NCBI GenBank assembly: GCA_965223545.1
Contig: OZ245006.1
Location: 7,360,001 to 7,424,000 of the forward strand
Reading direction: 5' to 3'
Source of the DNA: Planctomycetota bacterium
GTDB lineage: Bacteria > Planctomycetota > UBA1135 > UBA2386
Length of the DNA stretch: 64,000 nucleotides
The notes below the pieces were generated by a model. It saw only the letters and a program-made list of their open reading frames with translations, searched no databases and was not told the DNA's origin. Below, piece after piece: positions 37,713 to 46,226 of this stretch. Made by a program: the position numbers and the translations under genes. Every line of letters starts with the position of its first letter. The stretch's first letter is position 1.

Positions 37713-38023
37713 TGCGCCGGTGGTGGCTGGCGCTGACGGCGTGCGTGCTGCTCGGCTGCAGCGGGTGCGTTTCCGGTCTGCTGTACACCCACACGATCGA
37801 GCCGCTGTCCACCGACTTCGACCGCACGCCGGTGGGAGAGACCACCGCGGTGGGCGACGTGCGCCAGCTGCGCTACTCGAGCTTCGAGGTGCAATGGAGC
37901 TCGAATGCGATCGGCGAGATCGCGCGCCGGCATGGCATGCAGCAGGTGTACTACGCTGACCTGGAGACGTTGAGCGTGCTCGGCGTCTGGACCCAGAGGT
38001 GGGTGCTGGTCTACGGCCGCTGA
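37709..38023 (+). CDS. TRL-like family small lipoprotein (second copy)
   Basis: LLGC lipobox, GLLYTHT and C-terminal VLVYGR. Overlaps the upstream stop (start 37709 or 37712). Confidence 0.72.
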   Translation: MMRRWWLALTACVLLGCSGCVSGLLYTHTIEPLSTDFDRTPVGETTAVGDVRQLRYSSFEVQWSSNAIGEIARRHGMQQVYYADLETLSVLGVWTQRWVLVYGR

Positions 38024-40581
38024 GGGGGAGGGGTCACGAACTCGACCGCTGCGCGTTCGACCCAGCCGGCTCCATCGGCATGTGCGACGCGCGCCCAATG
38101 GTCCGAGTGCTCGTGCACGACCACCTCGGCTCCGGACGGCACGTGGGTCCAAGCCGGTAGATCCCGGTGCGGCGCCCGCCGCACATCGGCGCGCGGCGCC
38201 GTCACCACCGCCGTCGCCGGCGACGCGGCGAGCCGGTCGTGGACGTGCAGACCGGCGACCAGGGCACCGGCGACGAATGCAGCTCCAGCCAGCTGGCGCG
38301 GGCGCCGCCGTCCGCTGAGGCCAAACGCGCCGAGTGCGCAGAGCTGGACCAGCACGGCGATGAACAGAGCGGGGTCCGTGGCCGCGATTGCGCGCACGCG
38401 CTCGCCGGACCACCGCGGGGCGGGAGGGGCCAACCCCAGCGCCGCGTGCGCTTTGTCGAGGCCGTCGAGCGCGCTGCCGTGCAGTGGTGCCAGAGCGAGC
38501 GCGCGGCGGAAGAACAGGGCGGCGCGGGCGGTGTCGCCGGTCATGGCCGCGCATTGGCCGAGGTTGCACCACAGCGCTGCCGATGCGGCCTCGCGCGTTC
38601 GCGGTTCCAGCAGCCGCGCGGCGGTTTCGTAGTCCGCCGCGCGGTAGGCCGCGGCGGCGGGGTCGCCCTGCTGCGCTGCGGCTGACCAGGCGATGCAGAG
38701 GACGAACGCGGCGACGGTTGCGCCACGGCGTCCGCCCGCCCTGGGCTGCGCCGCGCGGCCGGTGTGTTCGAGCTGGACGACGAGGCGAACGGTGTCCTCC
38801 GCAGGGGGAACGGCTGCGCCTGGTTGTGCGCCGCGGTAGGCCGGCGCGAGGAGCGCCTGCAGATGCGCGGCGGCATCGGTCGCCAGCGTGCGGTCGATTC
38901 CGTGCCGCGCCAACTGCTCGGCCAAGTCCGGCCGGCGGATCGCCGCCGGCGCGCAACCGGTGCGCGCCGCCAGATAATCGGTCAGTGCCGCGGCCCGATC
39001 GATCGCGGCGTCGCGAGTGCTCCGTCGCAGGCGGCGGAGCGCGCGGCGGGCGCGCACCGCGTCGGGGTCGGTGTCGCGCCGCCGGCGCAGGGCGGCGGTG
39101 AGCAGCATGATCGCGGCCGCGATCCACGGCAGGGCGAAGAGCGCGGCGCGGATCGGTGGCGCGACCGGCGTGCGCGGCGTGGAGCTGTCTGCCAGTGGTT
39201 GCCATGGCGGCGCCGCTACCGTTGTCCGTGCGGTCGCCGGTTCGGCCGTGGCAGCGGCATCGCCGACCGTGCCGGCCGGGGGCGGTGCCGGCACCTCGGT
39301 GCGCGCCGGCGCGCCGGTCGCGGCTGCCGCCGGTGCTCCCGTAATCCGCAGCGGCAGCCGCGCGCTCCGCGCCACCTCGTAGCGCTCGGTGTCGGGATCG
39401 AAGAACGCGATCTCGACCGGCGGCACCGCGTCCACGTCCGATCCAGTCGGTGCCAAGTCGTAGATCAGACGGCGCACGCCCGGCTCCGCTTCGGCCTCGA
39501 GATGGCCGCGCAGGTGCAGGCCGGGTAGATCGTCCAGCAGGGGTGGACGCAGCGCCGACAGCCCGCTTGCGCCGCGCACCTCGAGCGTCAGCCGCAGGCT
39601 CTCGCCGACCTCGAGCTCGGTGGGCTCCGCCGTCGCGGTGACCGTCAGCCGTCCCACCACCCCGGCGAAGTCGGCGGGTCGACCGGCGGTCGGCAGCGCG
39701 CGGATTTGCAGCAGCAGTGGGTCGCCGTAGACGAATGCCTCGTGCAGATCGGTGGCGACGCGGTCGGCGAACAGACCGGTGTCGAAGCGCGAGGTGTAGG
39801 AATAGCGCAGCAGCGGGCCTGCCAGCCGGAGGGGGCCCGACTCGGTGGCGCGGAGCCGGCACGACCACTCGAGCACCGCGAATTCGCGGCCGTCGCGCTC
39901 GATCGCCGCCTGCGGCCGGGCCTCGGCTTCGGCATCGTTGAGCACGAAGCTGGCGCCACGGTTGACGGCGGGGTCCACCGGCAGTCCCTGCGTGCCCGGC
40001 GGGGCTGGCAACCACGGCGCGCGCAGGCGCACGGGCACGTCGAGTTGGCGGCGGAACGGCTGCACGACGTGATCGGCCAGCTGGTCTTTGGCGATGCCGA
40101 AGCGCACGCGGACTTCGATCGTCTCGCCGAGCCAGTAGCGCGGGGCGTCGGCGTGGAGCGCGACGAAGGCGTGGGCATCGGCGGTGCCGGCGGCGACCGC
40201 CTCCAGCTGCAGCGGGCCGGTGGCGAGGGTCGCGCCGCGGTGGGCGACGCGCAGGCCGGGCAGGGTGAAGGAGCCGGCGCGCTGCGGCTCGAGCCATACG
40301 CTCCAGTGGGCGACGGCGCGCGCCGCCGGCGCGCCGGCGGCGACGTGCTGCACCTGCTCGATGCGGGTGGCGGAGGCGTGCAGCGCGAGCCCGTCGACGC
40401 GCGGCAGCGGCAGCAGCTCGGCGCCGCCGCCGGTGTCGGCCAGCTCGAGCCGCAGCGCGACCTCGGCGCGTTCGCCGAGCTGCACGACCGGCGGCGACGG
40501 CCCGACCGCGTCGAGCCGCTGTGCCGCGGGCGCGCCGCACAGCAGCAGGACGGCAGCGGTCTGCACCTGTGCTCCGCGCAT
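38011..40581 (-). CDS. BatD-like protein fused to a BatE-like TPR-SH3 region
   Basis: From ATG 40581. BatD motifs FAGVVG, VGESLRLTL and IAFFDP, then a TPR (LWCNLGQC..ARAALFFRRA) and a C-terminal SH3b-like WARV..GWV. Confidence 0.8.
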   Translation of the reverse strand: MRGAQVQTAAVLLLCGAPAAQRLDAVGPSPPVVQLGERAEVALRLELADTGGGAELLPLPRVDGLALHASATRIEQVQHVAAGAPAARAVAHWSVWLEPQRAGSFTLPGLRVAHRGATLATGPLQLEAVAAGTADAHAFVALHADAPRYWLGETIEVRVRFGIAKDQLADHVVQPFRRQLDVPVRLRAPWLPAPPGTQGLPVDPAVNRGASFVLNDAEAEARPQAAIERDGREFAVLEWSCRLRATESGPLRLAGPLLRYSYTSRFDTGLFADRVATDLHEAFVYGDPLLLQIRALPTAGRPADFAGVVGRLTVTATAEPTELEVGESLRLTLEVRGASGLSALRPPLLDDLPGLHLRGHLEAEAEPGVRRLIYDLAPTGSDVDAVPPVEIAFFDPDTERYEVARSARLPLRITGAPAAAATGAPARTEVPAPPPAGTVGDAAATAEPATARTTVAAPPWQPLADSSTPRTPVAPPIRAALFALPWIAAAIMLLTAALRRRRDTDPDAVRARRALRRLRRSTRDAAIDRAAALTDYLAARTGCAPAAIRRPDLAEQLARHGIDRTLATDAAAHLQALLAPAYRGAQPGAAVPPAEDTVRLVVQLEHTGRAAQPRAGGRRGATVAAFVLCIAWSAAAQQGDPAAAAYRAADYETAARLLEPRTREAASAALWCNLGQCAAMTGDTARAALFFRRALALAPLHGSALDGLDKAHAALGLAPPAPRWSGERVRAIAATDPALFIAVLVQLCALGAFGLSGRRRPRQLAGAAFVAGALVAGLHVHDRLAASPATAVVTAPRADVRRAPHRDLPAWTHVPSGAEVVVHEHSDHWARVAHADGAGWVERAAVEFVTPPPQRP

Positions 40582-41300
40582 CACCAGTCCTTGTCGACCA
40601 CCACGCGGGTGGCCGCCTCGCGCCGGCGGCGCAGCGCGCGCTTCTCGGCGTCGCGTTGGTTGAGCTTGTCGAGCAGGCGCTGCACCAGGTCGTCCATCGT
40701 GGCGGCCGGCGGTGGCGGAGCGGTGCCGGTGGTGTCGGCGCGCGGCTCGGGCGGGCGTTCGGAGGCGTCGCGTTGGCTCCCCCCGGTCTGCGCGCGCATC
40801 CGCTCGCGCAGCGCGGCGGCCAGGCGCAGGGCGCGCTCGGCATTGCGGCGCGCGGCCGGCCAGTCGGCGCCCCTGGTGGCGGCGCGCCGCCAGTGCGCCG
40901 CGGCGCGCTCGGCCTCCAGCAGCGCCAGGGCCAACACCGCCGGGCCCGCCTCGGGTCCCTCGGCCTGCCGCGCCGCGCGTCGGCTGCGGGCGAACGCCGC
41001 GTTGCCGAGCACGAAGTCGCGCTCGCGGTACTGCGCGGGACCGCTGCGCGCCGCGGCGATCTCGGCGGCGATCTCGGCGTCGCGGGTCGCGTCGCACTGC
41101 AGCGCCGCCAGAGCGATGTTGTGCCACAGAGCGGCGGGTGCGTCGTCACCGGCGGCGTCGGCGGCGCGGCGGAACGCCGCGAGGGCGTCGGCGAAGCGTC
41201 CCTCGGCATACGCCTCGATCCCGTCCACCAGCGGATCGTCTCCGCCGGGGAGCAGGACCGCGAGCAGCAGCGGCGTGGTCAGGTGCGACGGGCGAGGCAC
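40581..41300 (-). CDS. BatC-like TPR protein
   Basis: GTG 41300 with GGAG RBS. TPR motifs, AARRNAE and a C-terminal DKDW typical of BatC. Confidence 0.75.
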   Translation of the reverse strand: MPRPSHLTTPLLLAVLLPGGDDPLVDGIEAYAEGRFADALAAFRRAADAAGDDAPAALWHNIALAALQCDATRDAEIAAEIAAARSGPAQYRERDFVLGNAAFARSRRAARQAEGPEAGPAVLALALLEAERAAAHWRRAATRGADWPAARRNAERALRLAAALRERMRAQTGGSQRDASERPPEPRADTTGTAPPPPAATMDDLVQRLLDKLNQRDAEKRALRRRREAATRVVVDKDW

Positions 41301-42268
41301 AGCTCCACGATCCAAAGCAAGAACGCGGCCAGCAAGGGCCACTGGAAACGCTCCCCGGCCGCGCCGGGCCGCGCGGTCGGCTCGACCGGTCGGCCGCGCG
41401 GCAGAATCTCGGTGGCGAACAGGGTCGCCAAGCCGTCGTCGTCGCCACCCAGCGCGACCAGGCGCCCGCCGCCGGCGGTGGCCAGCGCCTGCAATCCTTC
41501 CCGCTCGAAGCTGGAGATGACCTCTGCGCCGCTCGCGTCGGTGAGAAAGCGCACGCCGCCGGCGTCGTCGACGGCGATCTTGGCGCCGCGCTCCGAGCCG
41601 ATGCCCGCGCAGTGCACGACGATTGCCTGCGCATGGCACGCCGCCGCGGCGCGGCGGCCGCTTTCGCCGTGGTCTTCGCCGTCGGTGATCAGCACGATGC
41701 AAGCACCGTCCGCCGCCGCTGCGGTCAATGCGCCGGCGGCGGTCTGCAGCGCGGTGCCGAGATCGGTGCCGCCGCGCCGCAGGCTGCGGGGGTCGACCAG
41801 CTCGAGCAGCTGGGCGAAGGCGTCGAGGTCATCGGTCAGCGGGATCACCGTGCGCGCCTCGCCGGCGAAGGCGACCAGGCCGAGGCGGCTGCCGGCGGCG
41901 CGTTCCGCCAAGACACCGATCGCCCGCTTGGCGGCGGCCAGCCGCGAGGGCCGGACGTCGGCGGCGAGCATCGAGCGCGACACGTCGAGACAGAGCAGCA
42001 CATCGGCGCGGCGCGGCAGCGCCGCGCCATCTCCGGCACCCCACTGCGGGCGGGCCAGCGCCAGCACGGCACAGCCCAGTGCGGCGGCGAACGCCGCCCG
42101 ACGCAGCCGGTCCGCGGTCTGGGTTGGTGCCGGCGCGCCGGCGCCCAGCGCGCGGCTGAGTCGGTGTTGCCGCCGGCGCGCGTGGCGCCGCTGCAGCCAC
42201 CACAGCGCCGGCACGGCGCCGAGCAGGACGAGGGCCAACGGCGTGGCAAACAGCGGCCCGCCGGTCAC
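41279..42268 (-). CDS. batB: BatB-like VWA protein
   Basis: ALARPQWG, MIDAS motif DVSRSM, PSRL, GGTD and LITDGED. Confidence 0.85.
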   Translation of the reverse strand: MTGGPLFATPLALVLLGAVPALWWLQRRHARRRQHRLSRALGAGAPAPTQTADRLRRAAFAAALGCAVLALARPQWGAGDGAALPRRADVLLCLDVSRSMLAADVRPSRLAAAKRAIGVLAERAAGSRLGLVAFAGEARTVIPLTDDLDAFAQLLELVDPRSLRRGGTDLGTALQTAAGALTAAAADGACIVLITDGEDHGESGRRAAAACHAQAIVVHCAGIGSERGAKIAVDDAGGVRFLTDASGAEVISSFEREGLQALATAGGGRLVALGGDDDGLATLFATEILPRGRPVEPTARPGAAGERFQWPLLAAFLLWIVELCLARRT

Positions 42269-43281
42269 GGCAGCACCTCCAGGTGTGTCGCCGCGAGCAG
42301 TCGGGCGAGGAGGAGCGCGCCCAGGCCCAGAGCCAGCAGTGGGGCGAAGCGCTCGACTGCGTCGAAGCGCGGTTGCTCGAGCGGCGCGACCTCCAGGGCG
42401 TCGATGGCTTCGTAGACCGCGGCGATCGCCGCGGCATCGCGCGCGCGGTAGAACCGGCCGCCGGTGTCGGCGGCCAGCCGCTCGATCTGTGCGGTGTCGA
42501 GCGGCGCCAGCGCGCCGTCGGCGGTGCGCTGCCCGGTGCCGACGGCGATGCTGTACACCGCGACGCCGAGCTCGCCACACAACACCGCTGCCTGTGCCGG
42601 GCCGATCTCGTCGGGCGTCTGCGCGGTGGCGACGTTTTCTTCGCCGTCGGTGAGCAGGATGACCACCTTGGAGGCGGCGCGGCTGTCGCGCAGCGCCACC
42701 GCCGCGCGCGCCACCGCGTTGCCGATGCCGGTGAGGTCTTCGGCGGAATCCGCCTCGGCCACCGCCATCTCGTCGAGCAGCGCTGCCGCGGTGTCGTGGT
42801 CGAGGGTGAGTGGGCAGAGGACGTCGGCGTAGGCGGCAAACCCCAGAAGGGCGATGCGATCGCGCGTGCGGTCGGCGATGAAGCGCCGCGCCGCGTCGAC
42901 CGACACCTCGAGTCTGGTGCGGTCGCCGTCCATGTCGGTCGCCGCCATCGACGACGACCGGTCCAGGCACAGGACGATGTCGATGCCGAGGCTTCGCTGT
43001 GGCACTGGCACGCGTTCGATCGGCCGGGCCAGGGCGACGACGAGCGCCGCGAGGCCCAGGCCGGTCAGGGCCGGCGGCAGCCACAGCAGCCGTTGGCGGG
43101 GGGTGTCGGGTAGCGGAGCCACGGGCGGTGCCCCGGCGTTCGCCGGCGGCGACTGCCGCAGGAACAGCGCGGGTGCGAAGGCCGCTGCCGCCGCCCGGCG
43201 CCGGAACAGCCAGAGGGCGAGCGGCAGGAGGGCGAGCCCGAGCCACAGCATGCCCGGCTGCAACAGCGCGAAGCGGCTCAC
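42265..43281 (-). CDS. batA: BatA-like VWA protein
   Basis: ALARP, DRSSSM, PLTLDH, LLTDGEEN and TGGRFYRA. Confidence 0.87.
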   Translation of the reverse strand: MSRFALLQPGMLWLGLALLPLALWLFRRRAAAAAFAPALFLRQSPPANAGAPPVAPLPDTPRQRLLWLPPALTGLGLAALVVALARPIERVPVPQRSLGIDIVLCLDRSSSMAATDMDGDRTRLEVSVDAARRFIADRTRDRIALLGFAAYADVLCPLTLDHDTAAALLDEMAVAEADSAEDLTGIGNAVARAAVALRDSRAASKVVILLTDGEENVATAQTPDEIGPAQAAVLCGELGVAVYSIAVGTGQRTADGALAPLDTAQIERLAADTGGRFYRARDAAAIAAVYEAIDALEVAPLEQPRFDAVERFAPLLALGLGALLLARLLAATHLEVLP

Positions 43282-44168
43282 GCCGCGTCGCTCCCGGCGC
43301 GTTGGTCGATGGCGGCGGCGAGGTCCTCGAGCAGGGCGCGGCCCTCGGCGTCGCTCAGCTGTCGCCGCGCAAAGCGCACCGCGTCGGCGCGCTGCAGCAG
43401 CGACACCAAGGGGCGCAGCCGCGGCGTGGCGTCGGCCGCGGCCGTCAGCTCGGCGGTGGTCGCCGCGCGGTCCGTCGGCGCCGCGGCCAGCAGTTCGTCG
43501 CGCACGATGGCGGCGATCTCGACGGCGATCTCGTCGGCCGAGCAGTGGGCGGCGCGCGTCACCAGCTGCTGTTGCCGCGCCCGGGCCCGGTCGATGGGTG
43601 AGGGATGCCGCGCGGGGCGCCGGCGGCGGGCCAGGAACAAGCCGGCGGCGAGGGCCACCGCCGCGGCCAGCGCGGCGGGCCACCAGCGGCGCGGTGCCGG
43701 CAGCGCGCGCAGCGGGCCGGGCAGCTCGGCGCGCCCGTCGTCGGCTTTCGTCAGGATCGAGTGCACGCGCACGGTTCGCGGCGGCGCGCTCGCTGTCAGC
43801 TGGCGGCCGTCGGCGGTGGTGACGATCAGCGGTGCCGGCTGCACTTCGACGTCGCCCAGAGCGAATGCGCGGCACTGAAAGACCACGGTCTCGACGATCG
43901 CGTCGCCGTCCGCGCGCTGCGCGGACGACTGCCGCCGGCTGTCGAGCGGCGGCAGTGGTGTTGTGGGCAGCGCGTCCGGCCGCGCGGACGCCGGGTAGCG
44001 GCGGGTCACCGTCGCCGTGAACGCGGCGCCGAACTCGACTGCGTCGCTGTCGAGATCGACGGTCAGCTGCGGCGCGTCCGTCCGGGGTGTCGCGGCTTGC
44101 CCGCGCGGGCTGTCCGTCGCGCAGCAGAGGCCGGCGCCCAGCGCCAGCAGCGTCCGCAGGGCATTCAT
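43278..44168 (-). CDS. Bat-operon membrane-anchored hypothetical protein
   Basis: Lies between DUF58 and batA with 4-nt overlaps. Signal peptide, TM segment, TTAEL and ADAVRFA motifs. Confidence 0.7.
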   Translation of the reverse strand: MNALRTLLALGAGLCCATDSPRGQAATPRTDAPQLTVDLDSDAVEFGAAFTATVTRRYPASARPDALPTTPLPPLDSRRQSSAQRADGDAIVETVVFQCRAFALGDVEVQPAPLIVTTADGRQLTASAPPRTVRVHSILTKADDGRAELPGPLRALPAPRRWWPAALAAAVALAAGLFLARRRRPARHPSPIDRARARQQQLVTRAAHCSADEIAVEIAAIVRDELLAAAPTDRAATTAELTAAADATPRLRPLVSLLQRADAVRFARRQLSDAEGRALLEDLAAAIDQRAGSDAA

Positions 44169-45079
44169 CGCTTGATGGCGCGGGCGCTGCGCATGCGGAA
44201 GAAGTCGAGGATCGGCCCCGCCACGGCGTCGATGTCCGGCGCGGTCGGCACCGCGATGTCGATGCAGTCGACGCGCGCCCGCCGCAGCGCGCGGTCGGTG
44301 TGCGCCTGCCACGCGGCGACGCGGTCGGAGTACGCCGCGCGCACCGCGGTGCTGCGCCAGTCGATGATGCGCGCGAACCCCGATTCGGGGTCGCGGACCC
44401 GCAGCATGCCGACGTCGGCCGGCGGCGGTGTCAGCTCGGGGGGCGCCAACCGCACCGCGACGATGTCGTGGCGGCGCGCGCACAGGGGCAGCGTGGCCTC
44501 GTAGCCGGTGGCGATGAAATCGGAGACGACGAACACGATCGCGCGCCGGCGGCGCAGCGCGGTGAGCCGCTCCAGCGCGGGGCCGAGTGCCGTGCCCTCA
44601 CCGCTGCCGGCAAGAGCCAGGCAGTCGCGCACGATGCGCATCGCGTGGTGCGCTCCCTTGCCCGGTGGCAGATAGCGATCGACCCCGCCCGAGAAGGCGA
44701 GCATGCCGACCTTGTCGTCGTTGTCGACCGCCGACAGGGCCAGGCAGGCGACCGCGCGAGCGGCGGTCTGCCGCAGCGACCAGGCGCCGCTGCCGGCGCG
44801 CATCGAGGCCGACAGATCGATGGCGAACAAGACCGTGAGCTCGCGTTCCTCGACGAACTTCTTCACGTAGGGGCGGCCGGTGCGGGCGGTGACGTTCCAA
44901 TCGACCGAACGCGGGTCGTCGCCGGGGACGTACTCGCGGACCTCGTCGAACTCGATGCCCGCACCGCGGAACACCGAGCTGTAGCCGCCGGCCATCACGT
45001 CGGTGACCAGCGACAGACTCTGCATCTCGATGCGCCGGACCTCGGCGAGCAGCTGTTCGAGCTCCTTGGCCTCCTGCAT
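44165..45079 (-). CDS. DUF58 domain protein
   Basis: GIEFDEVREYVPGDDPRSVDWNVTAR, EERE and DLSASM. Confidence 0.92.
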   Translation of the reverse strand: MQEAKELEQLLAEVRRIEMQSLSLVTDVMAGGYSSVFRGAGIEFDEVREYVPGDDPRSVDWNVTARTGRPYVKKFVEERELTVLFAIDLSASMRAGSGAWSLRQTAARAVACLALSAVDNDDKVGMLAFSGGVDRYLPPGKGAHHAMRIVRDCLALAGSGEGTALGPALERLTALRRRRAIVFVVSDFIATGYEATLPLCARRHDIVAVRLAPPELTPPPADVGMLRVRDPESGFARIIDWRSTAVRAAYSDRVAAWQAHTDRALRRARVDCIDIAVPTAPDIDAVAGPILDFFRMRSARAIKR

Positions 45080-45105
45080 CGCGGTTCTCGTCGGTGGCCT
45101 TCGCC

Positions 45106-46101
45106 TCAGGGCACGGGCACGGTGTCGAACACGCGCCGCACGACGTCCTCGGCGCGGACGCCCTCGGCCTCGGCCTCGAAGGTGGTGATCACCCGGTGCC
45201 GCAGCACCGCGATGCCCACTTGCTTGACGTCCTCCGGCGTGACGAACCCCCGGCCGGCGAGGAACGCCTGTGCCCGGGCCGCCTGGGTCCAGGCGATCGC
45301 CGCCCGCGGCGAGGCGCCGTACAGGATCAAGGGCTCGAGGTCGGTCAGGCCGTGCTCGGCGGGGTGTCGCGTCGTGCGCACCAGGTCGACGATGTAGCCC
45401 CGCACTTGTGCGTCGACGTAGACGTCGTCGAGCACTGCCCGCGCCGCGAGGATCTGCGCCGGGCTCGCCACCGTGTCGGCGGTGGGACGCCGCGTGTTGG
45501 AGGCCATGCGCTCGACCATAGCGTCTTCTTCTTCGCGCGACGGGTACTCGACGACGACCTTGAGCATGAAGCGGTCGAGCTGCGCCTCCGGCAGCGCGTA
45601 GGTGCCCTCTTGCTCGACCGGGTTCTGGGTCGCCAGCACCAAAAACGGCGACGGCAGGGCATGCGACTCGCCGGCCAGCGTCACCTGCCGTTCCTGCATG
45701 GCCTCGAGGAGGGCCGACTGCACCTTGGCCGGCGCGCGGTTGATCTCGTCGGCGAGGACGAAGTGGCCGAAGACGGGACCCAGGTGGACGGTCCAGTCGC
45801 CGGTCTTGGGGTTGTAGACCTGGGTGCCGAGCAGGTCCGAAGGCAGGAGATCGGGGGTGAATTGGAGGCGTTGGAAGGTGCCGCCGAGGGCGCGGGCCAG
45901 GGTCTGCACCGCCAGGGTCTTGGCCAGGCCGGGGACGCCCTCGAGCAGGACGTGGCCGTCGGCGAGCAGGCCGATCAGCATGCCGTCGATCAGCGCGCGC
46001 TGGCCGACGATGACGCGCTCGACCTCGCGGCGCACGTCGGTCAAAAATGCGCTCTCTTTGGCGATGCGGTCGGCGACGGCGGTGGGATCGGCGTGTGGCA
46101 T
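45106..46101 (-). CDS. moxR: MoxR-family AAA+ ATPase
   Basis: LEGVPGLAKT, QFTPDLLPSD, DEINRAPAKVQSALLE and LPEAQLDRF. Confidence 0.96.
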   Translation of the reverse strand: MPHADPTAVADRIAKESAFLTDVRREVERVIVGQRALIDGMLIGLLADGHVLLEGVPGLAKTLAVQTLARALGGTFQRLQFTPDLLPSDLLGTQVYNPKTGDWTVHLGPVFGHFVLADEINRAPAKVQSALLEAMQERQVTLAGESHALPSPFLVLATQNPVEQEGTYALPEAQLDRFMLKVVVEYPSREEEDAMVERMASNTRRPTADTVASPAQILAARAVLDDVYVDAQVRGYIVDLVRTTRHPAEHGLTDLEPLILYGASPRAAIAWTQAARAQAFLAGRGFVTPEDVKQVGIAVLRHRVITTFEAEAEGVRAEDVVRRVFDTVPVP

Positions 46102-46226
46102 GCGCTCTGGGCCGGTCTACGGGGCGGCTGGGGCGGCGCGAGTGTAGTGCGGCGACTGGGCAGCGCCCAGGGCACGGGTTACCTTCGTCGGCGTCCCGCG
46201 TTCCCGCCGAGGCCTTCGATCCAAAC

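Noticed and set aside
37700..41209. 1169-aa minus-strand ORF
   Set aside because: Low-complexity Arg/Pro/Ala alternate frame over the batC- and batD-like genes.
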